Positions 1 to 5,937 of a stretch of DNA of 12,484 bases are shown piece by piece. The notes under the pieces are model-generated. The model was not told the origin of the DNA, made no database searches, and saw only the letters and a program-made list of their open reading frames with translations. This stretch comes from an uncultured Gammaproteobacteria bacterium (GTDB lineage: Bacteria; Patescibacteriota; Microgenomatia; Levybacterales; UBA12049). A program made the translations under genes and the position numbers. Where the stretch lies: positions 1-12,484 of the forward strand of contig CAYJRY010000039.1 of the NCBI GenBank assembly GCA_964372855.1, read 5' to 3'. The first letter of the stretch is position 1. Every line of letters begins with the position of its first letter.

Positions 1-180
1 GAATGAATCCCCTGAAGTTAAATGTAGATTTAACAAAAAAGTAGCAAAGATTTCTATTTTTTCTTTAAGTTTTGAATAGGAAATTTCTTCTGAAATTCTA
101 CCATTATCATCATAACTAATTATTGCAGGAAAAGTTTGATACTCTTTGGAGAAATATAAAATATTAGAATACAAATTCAT
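1..180 (-). CDS. AMP-dependent synthetase/ligase (ANL superfamily, acyl-CoA synthetase-like), first 60 codons only; continues beyond left edge
   Basis: Absent from the ORF track because it is truncated. The reverse complement of 1-180 starts at ATG (180..178) and reads MNLYSNILYFSKEYQTFPAIISYDDNGRISEEISYSKLKEKIEIFATFLLNLHLTSGDSF without a stop. The pattern FP..I...D..(I)SYS.L...I..FA.FL...L..GD matches the usual N-terminus of adenylate-forming enzymes, from memory. Only 60 aa are visible. Confidence 0.45.
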   Translation of the reverse strand, partial: MNLYSNILYFSKEYQTFPAIISYDDNGRISEEISYSKLKEKIEIFATFLLNLHLTSGDSF

Positions 181-188
181 GAAGTGGG

Positions 189-659
189 TTATTTTATGTC
201 CACAATATGGTAGGTAATTTTTCCTGCTGGGGCATCAACTTGCACTTTTTCTCCAACTTGTCTACCAATCAAAACTTGTCCAAGTGGGGATTGATGTGAG
301 ATTTTTTTGTTCGTTGGATCTGCCTCCCACTCTCCGACAAGTGTAAACATTTCTCTTTTACCATCAACTGTAAGAGTTACTTTCGATCCCAACTTCACAG
401 TATGATTAGAAGCTTTACTATCTCGTATTACAACTGCTTGTTTCAGTAACAATTCAAGCTCATCAATTCTTCCATCTATAAATGTAAGCTCATCTCTTGC
501 TGATGCATATTCGGCATTTTCCGCAAGATCTCCCATGTTACGTGCTTGCGTAACTCGTGATAAAACATCAGGTCGTTTTTTGTTGACCAATTCATCAAAT
601 TCCTTTTTTAGCTCCTCAAAACCTTCTTTTGTCAAATAAATTTTTTTATCTTTATCCAT
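189..659 (-). CDS. greA: Transcription elongation factor GreA
   Basis: 156 aa. The N-terminal coiled-coil region (YLTKEGFEELKKEFDEL...RPDVLSRVTQARNMGDLAENAEYASARDELTFIDGRIDELE) and the C-terminal FKBP-like domain (GSKVTL...TLVGEWEADPTNKKISHQSPLGQVLIG...GEKV) are canonical GreA signatures and length. Confidence 0.93.
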   Translation of the reverse strand: MDKDKKIYLTKEGFEELKKEFDELVNKKRPDVLSRVTQARNMGDLAENAEYASARDELTFIDGRIDELELLLKQAVVIRDSKASNHTVKLGSKVTLTVDGKREMFTLVGEWEADPTNKKISHQSPLGQVLIGRQVGEKVQVDAPAGKITYHIVDIK

Positions 660-679
660 TTAGATCTAATAAAATAAAT

Positions 680-699
680 CCTCCTGTTGTTAAAGGAGG
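680..699 (-). promoter_or_regulatory. Leader hairpin upstream of greA (CCUCCU / AGGAGG stem, 8-nt loop) followed by a U-rich run; possible attenuator/terminator or SD-sequestering element
   Basis: The minus-strand RNA reads ACCUCCUUUAACAACAGGAGGAUUUAUUUUAUUAGAUCUA-AUG. The 6-bp arms are at 699..694 and 685..680. The AGGAGG arm lies 20 nt from the greA ATG, too far for a normal SD. The hairpin lies downstream of the predicted promoter at 716-744. Confidence 0.3.
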
Positions 700-715
700 T
701 GTATCTTTCAGGCCA

Positions 716-744
716 ACTATATAAGAAAACTTTATATTTGTCAA
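716..744 (-). promoter_or_regulatory. sigma70-type promoter for greA: TTGACA - 17 nt - TATAGT
   Basis: The reverse complement of 716-744 is TTGACAaatataaagttttcttaTATAGT. The -35 is at 744..739, the spacer is 17 nt and the -10 is at 721..716. It sits 12 nt after the stop of the upstream gene and about 50 nt before the greA ATG. Confidence 0.5.
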
Positions 745-755
745 TGCCCTCTAGT

Positions 756-1784
756 TTACGATTGTATTTTGAATCTTTTTATCAGATTATAAATTCTTCT
801 TTTTGAAACCTCTGTAACTTCAGTTTTTATAACTCCTCTATTTGGCTGGCCATAAAAAATACTAGTTCCCAAAGGCGCGGTCAAAATTAAAGGAATTACC
901 GCAAGGTCTTCTTCTCCGTTAATTAAAACGATAATTCTTTTATCCTCGCTCCACACTTTTCTGCAAACATCAAATAGTTTTGGAGTTATTCGTCCAGGAG
1001 GGTTAATTATTTTAAATTTCAAACTTTTATAACTTGAATCTGAGAAGTCCAAATCTTTAAGCGTAGAGTATATTTTTCGTCTTCCAACTTTAAAATCAAC
1101 TACAGAAATTTTCTGTCCCAATTCTAAATCATTAAATTTTTTAGTAGTTACATCTCCAACTGTAGCGATTAAGCCATTTTTGGGTCTACATTGATCTTTC
1201 GAAAGATCAAAAATTAACTTTCCAAATGGCTTTCTTAATTCTGATCTTAATTCCAAAGGAAGATATAATGTTTTTCTTAAAAATACTTGATCAATAAAGG
1301 TTTTCCCCTCTCTATCAATCTCACCACTTCTAATTCTTTCTGAAGAAATTTCTTTTTCATCTTCTGCAAAACTTGACGGAGTAACAAGAACTTTAAGACT
1401 TTTAAGACCTAAAGCTTTTCTTTTCGAATTGATTAACTCTCCCCCCTTTTTTGTGTCTTTTCCAACAACAATCGCATCTATTGATAAATCTTTATCAAGA
1501 GTTGGTCCAAAAACATCATCTATCTTTACAATTTCTGTTCTATCTAGAACTCTTTCTTTTTTTAGAAAAGATAGTAATTCTCTTCTTCTTTCCGTATAAG
1601 ATTCAATAATATTTGATATTTTATTTTTAATTTTTGATTTATTAACGAATTCATCGCTAGTGACGCCAATAATAATCATCTTCCCTTGCAAAAATGTAAA
1701 TCTTAGGAATTCTTTATGTCCTTTATGCAAATGATCAAACGTCCCCCCACAAACAACAACATTAAATCTTTTCATATTTGCCAT
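756..1784 (-). CDS. Bifunctional CoA-synthesis fusion: archaeal/eukaryotic-type phosphopantetheine adenylyltransferase (cytidylyltransferase fold) + DUF359-type (GTP-dependent) dephospho-CoA kinase domain
   Basis: N-terminal half: VVVCGGTFDHLHKGHKEFL...IIIGVTSDEF carries the GGTFDxLHxGH nucleotidyltransferase signature typical of COG1019-type PPAT. C-terminal half: LPLELRSELRKPFGKLI...ATVGDVTT...VVDFKVGRR...INPPGRIT...INGEEDLAVIPLILTAPLGTSIFYGQPNRGV matches the conserved blocks of DUF359 as I remember them (ELKKPxGxL, VGDV, NPPGTIT, GEEDLAxxP, YGQPxxG). Confidence 0.8.
   Translation of the reverse strand: MANMKRFNVVVCGGTFDHLHKGHKEFLRFTFLQGKMIIIGVTSDEFVNKSKIKNKISNIIESYTERRRELLSFLKKERVLDRTEIVKIDDVFGPTLDKDLSIDAIVVGKDTKKGGELINSKRKALGLKSLKVLVTPSSFAEDEKEISSERIRSGEIDREGKTFIDQVFLRKTLYLPLELRSELRKPFGKLIFDLSKDQCRPKNGLIATVGDVTTKKFNDLELGQKISVVDFKVGRRKIYSTLKDLDFSDSSYKSLKFKIINPPGRITPKLFDVCRKVWSEDKRIIVLINGEEDLAVIPLILTAPLGTSIFYGQPNRGVIKTEVTEVSKRRIYNLIKRFKIQS
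1191..1210. repeat. Perfect 20-bp palindrome TTGATCTTTCGAAAGATCAA inside the CoA fusion CDS
   Basis: Read directly: the sequence equals its own reverse complement and is centred on TTCGAA. It encodes FDLSKDQ in the variable segment between the GKLI and VGDV blocks of the DUF359 domain. Confidence 0.9.
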
Positions 1785-1790
1785 ATTTGC
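1773..1790. repeat. 9-nt perfect tandem duplication (CATATTTGC x2; minus strand GCAAATATG x2) spanning the start codon of the fusion gene
   Basis: Read directly. It creates two in-frame ATGs (M-A-N-M) and abuts the REP-like hairpin at 1790. Confidence 0.85.
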
Positions 1791-1825
1791 AAGGTTCCAC
1801 CTTTGTCAAGGTGGAACCTTGACAG
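1790..1825. repeat. REP-like palindromic element, copy 1: CAAGGTTCCACC-tttgtcaa-GGTGGAACCTTG-acag
   Basis: 12-bp perfect stem (1790-1801 / 1810-1821) with an 8-nt loop. An overlapping alternative hairpin is TGTCAAGGT-gga-ACCTTGACA (1804-1824). It lies between the RAYT stop (1829) and the next gene start (1784). Confidence 0.8.
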
Positions 1826-1828
1826 AAA

Positions 1829-2503
1829 TTAATCCATCTCTTCGAGGATCAAATCTTCAATAATCGCATTAGAATCTACCAAATAATCCTCTACAAAACT
1901 TTGATATGATAGCATATCTTGTAAATCTTCTTTCTTTGCCTTTTTGAAATAATTTAAAATCTCCGCCGGTTTTACCCAGCTTGCGCGTTTCCTTCCTAAA
2001 TAGTAAGGATAGCTTGAGAATTCCATAAAATTGATGGGCGACCTAACTTTAATTGGGTTGAGGTGGATATAACGTGAGAGATGTAGATGTTGTGCGTCTG
2101 ATTTAATAAAAGCTGCTTTATATGTACTTTGGAAAAGAGTTCCGATCCTTTTGTATTTTTTATTAAAATACATAACATAACTTGTTAGTAATCGACGCAT
2201 AAACTTAGTGATGCCGTCAACTGTTTTCTGTTTTACTTGAAGATGTATATGGTTTGGCATCAAGCTAAATGACAACAAATCTATCTCTTTTGAAAGATTT
2301 TGGGACAAAAGTCTTTGGATTCTAGTATAAAATTTATTTTCCTTTAACAATTCCTCTTCGGGAACGAGGTAATTTTTCAGATAATGAAGAAATACAACGC
2401 AGTCTTGCTCATCAAGAAAAATGTCTCGTTTATCTACACCTCTATTGTATAAGTGATAATAGCCATTAGCAACATAATCCTTAATAATATTTTTACTCGG
2501 CAT
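1829..2503 (-). CDS. REP-associated tyrosine transposase (RAYT; IS200/IS605-like Y1 HUH transposase family)
   Basis: 224 aa. It has the YHLYNRGVDKRDIF N-terminal block, an HUH motif in LMPNHIHLQV, and a catalytic-Tyr block SRYIHLNPIK. Length and motif order are typical of RAYT/TnpA_REP proteins. Confidence 0.87.
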   Translation of the reverse strand: MPSKNIIKDYVANGYYHLYNRGVDKRDIFLDEQDCVVFLHYLKNYLVPEEELLKENKFYTRIQRLLSQNLSKEIDLLSFSLMPNHIHLQVKQKTVDGITKFMRRLLTSYVMYFNKKYKRIGTLFQSTYKAAFIKSDAQHLHLSRYIHLNPIKVRSPINFMEFSSYPYYLGRKRASWVKPAEILNYFKKAKKEDLQDMLSYQSFVEDYLVDSNAIIEDLILEEMD

Positions 2504-2509
2504 AGCCTG

Positions 2510-2538
2510 ATTATCTTACAAGGTTACACCTTTGTCAA
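2510..2538 (-). promoter_or_regulatory. Putative promoter of the RAYT gene, partly built from REP-like copy 2: TTGACA - 17 nt - GATAAT, then 6 nt to ATG
   Basis: The minus strand reads ccTTGACAaaggtgtaaccttgtaaGATAATcaggctATG. The -35 (2538..2533) is inside the hairpin loop/stem and the -10 is at 2515..2510. ATG at 2503 implies a leaderless transcript. Confidence 0.45.
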
Positions 2539-2554
2539 GGTGTAACCTTGACAG
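2519..2554. repeat. REP-like palindromic element, copy 2: CAAGGTTACACC-tttgtcaa-GGTGTAACCTTG-acag
   Basis: Same orientation and architecture as copy 1. The only two differences (C to A in the left arm, G to T in the right arm) are at positions that pair with each other, so the 12-bp stem is preserved. Confidence 0.8.
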
Positions 2555-2618
2555 GCTTTACGCATCTAATCCAATCAAAAGTTTATGTAGTAGCTTTAGT
2601 CTTTTAAGTTCTTAGGCT

Positions 2619-2951
2619 CTAGCCCTTAAGATACGCGAATAAAGCAAGAGGAACATAAATTAATGGAAAAAGCATATTGCCATCATAAATATACCCTCCT
2701 GCAACAAGTGCAAAACCAGCTACAACTGGTATCTTTGCCCAGTTTTTCTTTAGGAATCCACTAATTGCACCAACTAATAGTAGAAAACCGCCTAAAGCAG
2801 TCATCGATGATGATACTCTGACTGATTGAACTTCTGATTCTGAAAGACCAGCTGAAGTTGATACGCTTCCTCCCATTACCAGTCCAAACAATAAATAAAT
2901 AATTCCAAAAAGAATTGCTAAGGAATAAATTAGGATTTTGATAAAAATCAC
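2619..2951 (-). CDS. Small integral membrane protein (about 4 predicted TM helices), function unknown
   Basis: 110 aa and strongly hydrophobic, with four hydrophobic stretches: IFIKILIYSLAILFGIIYLLFGLV, ALGGFLLLVGAISGFL, IPVVAGFALVAGGYIY and LFPLIYVPLALFAYL. The start is uncertain: the GTG at 2951 directly abuts AGAGGAGG with no spacer, and there is no upstream in-frame ATG/GTG/TTG before a TAA. Confidence 0.55.
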   Translation of the reverse strand: MIFIKILIYSLAILFGIIYLLFGLVMGGSVSTSAGLSESEVQSVRVSSSMTALGGFLLLVGAISGFLKKNWAKIPVVAGFALVAGGYIYDGNMLFPLIYVPLALFAYLKG

Positions 2952-3112
2952 CTCCTCTCTTCCATCAAACCTATGTCCAAGAGAGATAATCGTTTTAAAA
3001 TTACAAGGTTATAGAATACAAAACACGATGAATAGAAAGTTATTTCAGAAGCAATTTTCATTATCTGATTCTATTATGTTCTTTTTTTTTGCAAGTCAAG
3101 TGGTATTTTAAA

Positions 3113-4492
3113 TTAATGTGAGGTGGAATACTCTTTTAGGACTTGGGAGAAAGCTTCGGAGAAGGTTTGGCTAGCAGATTCAGGTGGTGTGCCGTTGAGA
3201 ATTGAATCAAGTGCTGAATAAAGACTCGTATTCATTTTGGTATTCAAGCCATTATCAAATGTTCCCTCTACAAAATAAGAAGATACCGCGTTTTTTGCTC
3301 CTTCCAAAAAAGGATTTAAATTGGGATTATTTTTAAAATTTTCGGCAAGATCAATCCTTGCAGGAGGTGAATTTAATTTTAGAATATTTTCCTTCTCTGT
3401 TAAAAACTTAAGAAAAATAAATGCTTCTTTTTGATGTTTGGTTTTTGATGAAATACCCTCAACCCAGTAGCTCGCGACTGTTTTGAATCTATCGGGAAGT
3501 GTAGGCACAGGGTGAATTTCAAATGTTAAATTTGGATTCATAGATTTTATTAAGGTAAAGTCTCTTGCATATCCAAAATACATTGCCAATTGTCCACTCG
3601 CAAATGCTCTAATGGAATTATCAAGAGTTTCATCCCAAACGTTACTTCCAAATTGAGCAAAAGAAACATAAAAATTCATTGCATCTGCCGTGGCCTCAAG
3701 ATTTCCAGAAATATTTCTCAGATCAACTCCATTTTGCGACATAAGCATTGAGACAATATCTGAGGCATAATTAACATTGCTTGATAATCCCATGGCAGCA
3801 CCAGCTGTTTTAATTTTTCCTGTCTCATCTTTTACAGTAAGTGCCCTTGAAAAATTCGCAAAATCTATCCAAGTCTTGGGCTCATCAAGCCCAGATGCAT
3901 CAAAAATGCTTTTATTTATATAAAGACTTAAGGTATCAATTCCCAGGGGCACTCCATAAATAGCACCTCTATCAACTATATCTTTTTTAATAACAGGATA
4001 ATAATTTTGAGTGAAATCTTCTTTAGGAAGTACATTTTCAGGAATTGGCTGAATAATAGATTTTAGCATAGAAAGCCAAGTGTTATGAAATTGAAAAATA
4101 TCTGGTCCTGTTCCGATATCTGCTCGCGCAATTAGGCGTTCTCTGTATTGATTTAAATCCTGTTTCGCGTAATTTATTTTTATATTCGTATACTTTGATT
4201 CAAACTCAGCTATAATTGGGTCCATCAGCTTTAAATCTTTCTCAACCCCCCAATACAATATCTCAACTTCTTCTTGTTTAAGATTGGTAAAAATCTTAGG
4301 AATTAAAAATCCAAATACCAAAAATCCAATAAATATAAGCACCAAACTACCAAGCGCTAATTTTAGTATCAGTGAAATAGGTAATTTAGAACTAGGCGGC
4401 GGTGTTTCATGAAAACTTATCTCTTTTGAAGACATATTTTGTGAGGGTTTTTGCTCGGCAGGATTTGGTTTAAACAATATGTTTTCACCCAT
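3113..4492 (-). CDS. ABC-transporter extracellular solute-binding protein, family 1 (sugar/MalE-like), anchored by an N-terminal TM helix
   Basis: 459 aa. An N-terminal Pro/Ser-rich tail and TM segment (LILKLALGSLVLIFIGFLVFGFLI) are followed by typical SBP_bac_1 blocks: EILYWG...IIAEFESKY.NIKINY...YRERLIA....GTGPDIFQFHNTW, then YGVPLGIDTLSLYINK and GQLAMYFGY. Confidence 0.82.
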   Translation of the reverse strand: MGENILFKPNPAEQKPSQNMSSKEISFHETPPPSSKLPISLILKLALGSLVLIFIGFLVFGFLIPKIFTNLKQEEVEILYWGVEKDLKLMDPIIAEFESKYTNIKINYAKQDLNQYRERLIARADIGTGPDIFQFHNTWLSMLKSIIQPIPENVLPKEDFTQNYYPVIKKDIVDRGAIYGVPLGIDTLSLYINKSIFDASGLDEPKTWIDFANFSRALTVKDETGKIKTAGAAMGLSSNVNYASDIVSMLMSQNGVDLRNISGNLEATADAMNFYVSFAQFGSNVWDETLDNSIRAFASGQLAMYFGYARDFTLIKSMNPNLTFEIHPVPTLPDRFKTVASYWVEGISSKTKHQKEAFIFLKFLTEKENILKLNSPPARIDLAENFKNNPNLNPFLEGAKNAVSSYFVEGTFDNGLNTKMNTSLYSALDSILNGTPPESASQTFSEAFSQVLKEYSTSH

Positions 4493-4499
4493 ATACTGT

Positions 4500-4507
4500 A
4501 GTATAAT
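4500..4507. promoter_or_regulatory. Overlapping opposite-strand -10 hexamers in the 35-bp divergent gap (plus TATAAT 4502-4507 toward VanW; minus TATACT 4505..4500, 7 nt before the SBP ATG)
   Basis: Read directly from atatactgtaGTATAATacg. No convincing -35 on either side and no SD for either gene. Confidence 0.3.
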
Positions 4508-4527
4508 ACGAATTAAAAACTAGTTCA

Positions 4528-5919
4528 ATGTATTTTAAGATTGCAAAAATAAGCTTTTGGTTTTTGACAGGCGCAGTACTTGGATTCTTTTTATTTATAA
4601 GTTTTAGCTACCTTATATTTAGAAAAATAAATACAAATCAAGTCTATCCTGGAGTTATGGTTGAGGGGATTGACCTTGGTGGAAAAACTGAATCTGAAGT
4701 ACAAGAATTATTTTCTAAGAAAAATGATCTTATTGCCAACGTCAAGTTTTCCTTATCAGATGGTATACAAGGCGCAACTGTCTCCGCAAAGGATCTTGAA
4801 TTCGGTTACAATCAAAACCTTATTGCCAAACAAGCTTTAAGTATTGGAAGAGGAAATAATTTTTTATCTAATGTAAGCCTTGTTACCCAAGCGTATATGG
4901 GGTCGTTAGAACTTGAACCATCATATCGTTTTTCAGAGGAAGAACTTCTTGATTTACTCACTCCTTTTATGCAAAATATAAACAAAGACCCAATTGACGC
5001 TCTTTTTACATTTGAAAACGGAAAAGTAACAGCATTTCGGTTGTCAGAAGATGGTCAAATAGTAGACACAGAGGTAATAAAAAAGAATCTTAGCTCTAAA
5101 TCCTTTATACTTACATCTTCAAATATTCCAAAATTGATAAATATCCCAGTATCTATTAGAACTATTAAGCCAAAGATAACTACAGAGACTATCAACAATC
5201 TGGGTATTAAAGAACTTGTCGGTACTGGAACCTCACTTTTCAGGAATTCTATCCCAAGTAGGGTCTATAATATTTCACTTGCTGCATCACGAATCAATGG
5301 CGTACTAGTTGCACCAAATGAAGAATTCTCTTTTAACAAAGCCCTTGGCGATGTTTCTGCATTTACTGGTTATAAACAGGCATATATAATACAAGGCGGA
5401 AAAACTGTTCTTGGCGATGGAGGAGGGGTGTGTCAGGTTTCAACCACATTTTTTAGAGCCCTTCTTAATGCCGGAGTCCCAATCACAGAAAGAAATGCTC
5501 ATGCCTATAGAGTCTCTTATTACGAGCAAGACAGTCCTCCAGGATTTGACGCAACTATCTATGTGCCAACAGTTGATCTGAAGTTTAAAAATAATACTGG
5601 AAATTATATTCTCATTCAAACTCAAGTTGATGAAACAGCACAAAGTCTCACAATTTTTCTTTACGGAACAAAAGATGGAAGAACTGTTGAATTAAGTAAA
5701 CCAGTAATAACAAATAGGGTGCCTCCACCAGAAGATCTATATCAAGACGATCCGACACTTCTTAAGGGCACCGTAAAACAGGTGGATTTTAAGGCTGAAG
5801 GATCACGTGTAATATTTGAACGAGAGGTATTTAAAAATGGTAAAAAAATTATATCAGATAAGTTTGTCTCCAATTATGCTCCATGGCAAGCTGTATACTT
5901 AAGAGGAACGAAGGAATAA
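4528..5919 (+). CDS. VanW-domain protein (YoaR-like), N-terminal membrane anchor, C-terminal G5-like domain
   Basis: 463 aa. It has an N-terminal TM segment (ISFWFLTGAVLGFFLFISFSYLIF). The VanW core is NISLAASRINGVLVAPNEEFSFNKALGDVSAFTGYKQAYII..GKTVLGDGGGVCQVSTTFFRALLNAGVPITERNAHAYRVSYY. The tail resembles a G5 domain (KGTVKQVDFKAEGSRVIFEREVFKNGK). Confidence 0.87.
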   Translation: MYFKIAKISFWFLTGAVLGFFLFISFSYLIFRKINTNQVYPGVMVEGIDLGGKTESEVQELFSKKNDLIANVKFSLSDGIQGATVSAKDLEFGYNQNLIAKQALSIGRGNNFLSNVSLVTQAYMGSLELEPSYRFSEEELLDLLTPFMQNINKDPIDALFTFENGKVTAFRLSEDGQIVDTEVIKKNLSSKSFILTSSNIPKLINIPVSIRTIKPKITTETINNLGIKELVGTGTSLFRNSIPSRVYNISLAASRINGVLVAPNEEFSFNKALGDVSAFTGYKQAYIIQGGKTVLGDGGGVCQVSTTFFRALLNAGVPITERNAHAYRVSYYEQDSPPGFDATIYVPTVDLKFKNNTGNYILIQTQVDETAQSLTIFLYGTKDGRTVELSKPVITNRVPPPEDLYQDDPTLLKGTVKQVDFKAEGSRVIFEREVFKNGKKIISDKFVSNYAPWQAVYLRGTKE

Positions 5920-5937
5920 ACAAATATTCAAATTTTA

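Larger units (their letters stand above)
1790..2557 (-). mobile_element. RAYT unit: IS200/IS605-like Y1 transposase gene bracketed by two copies of a 36-nt palindromic (REP-like) element
   Basis: The RAYT-type CDS at 1829-2503 is flanked by hairpin repeats at 1790-1825 and 2519-2554, matching at 34 of 36 positions. The outer short inverted repeat AGCCTG (2504-2509) / CAGGCT (2552-2557) surrounds the second copy. Confidence 0.7.

Noticed and set aside
1433-1438. Possible enrichment of TTCGAA (seen at 1198, 1433, in the tsaD array and in the helicase array) as a restriction/modification or recognition motif
   Set aside because: A rough composition-based expectation for this window is about four occurrences. 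Outside the tandem arrays the count is therefore unremarkable.
1996-2178. 60-aa ORF on the minus strand inside the RAYT gene
   Set aside because: It is wholly nested in a different frame of a well-supported CDS. The peptide is low complexity with no recognisable motifs, so it is most likely a frame artefact of AT-rich sequence.
3001-3012. TTACAAGGTTAT, resembling the left edge of REP-like copy 2 (cTTACAAGGTTAc), plus GTCAAGTGG at 3095-3103 resembling the hairpin loop/arm
   Set aside because: Only about 11 nt and 9 nt match, with no complementary arm and no stem. They may be decayed remnants, but this is indistinguishable from chance without genome-wide copies.
5440-5643. 67-aa antisense ORF inside the VanW gene
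   Set aside because: It is antisense to the most conserved part of a confidently assigned CDS, with no start context and no motifs.
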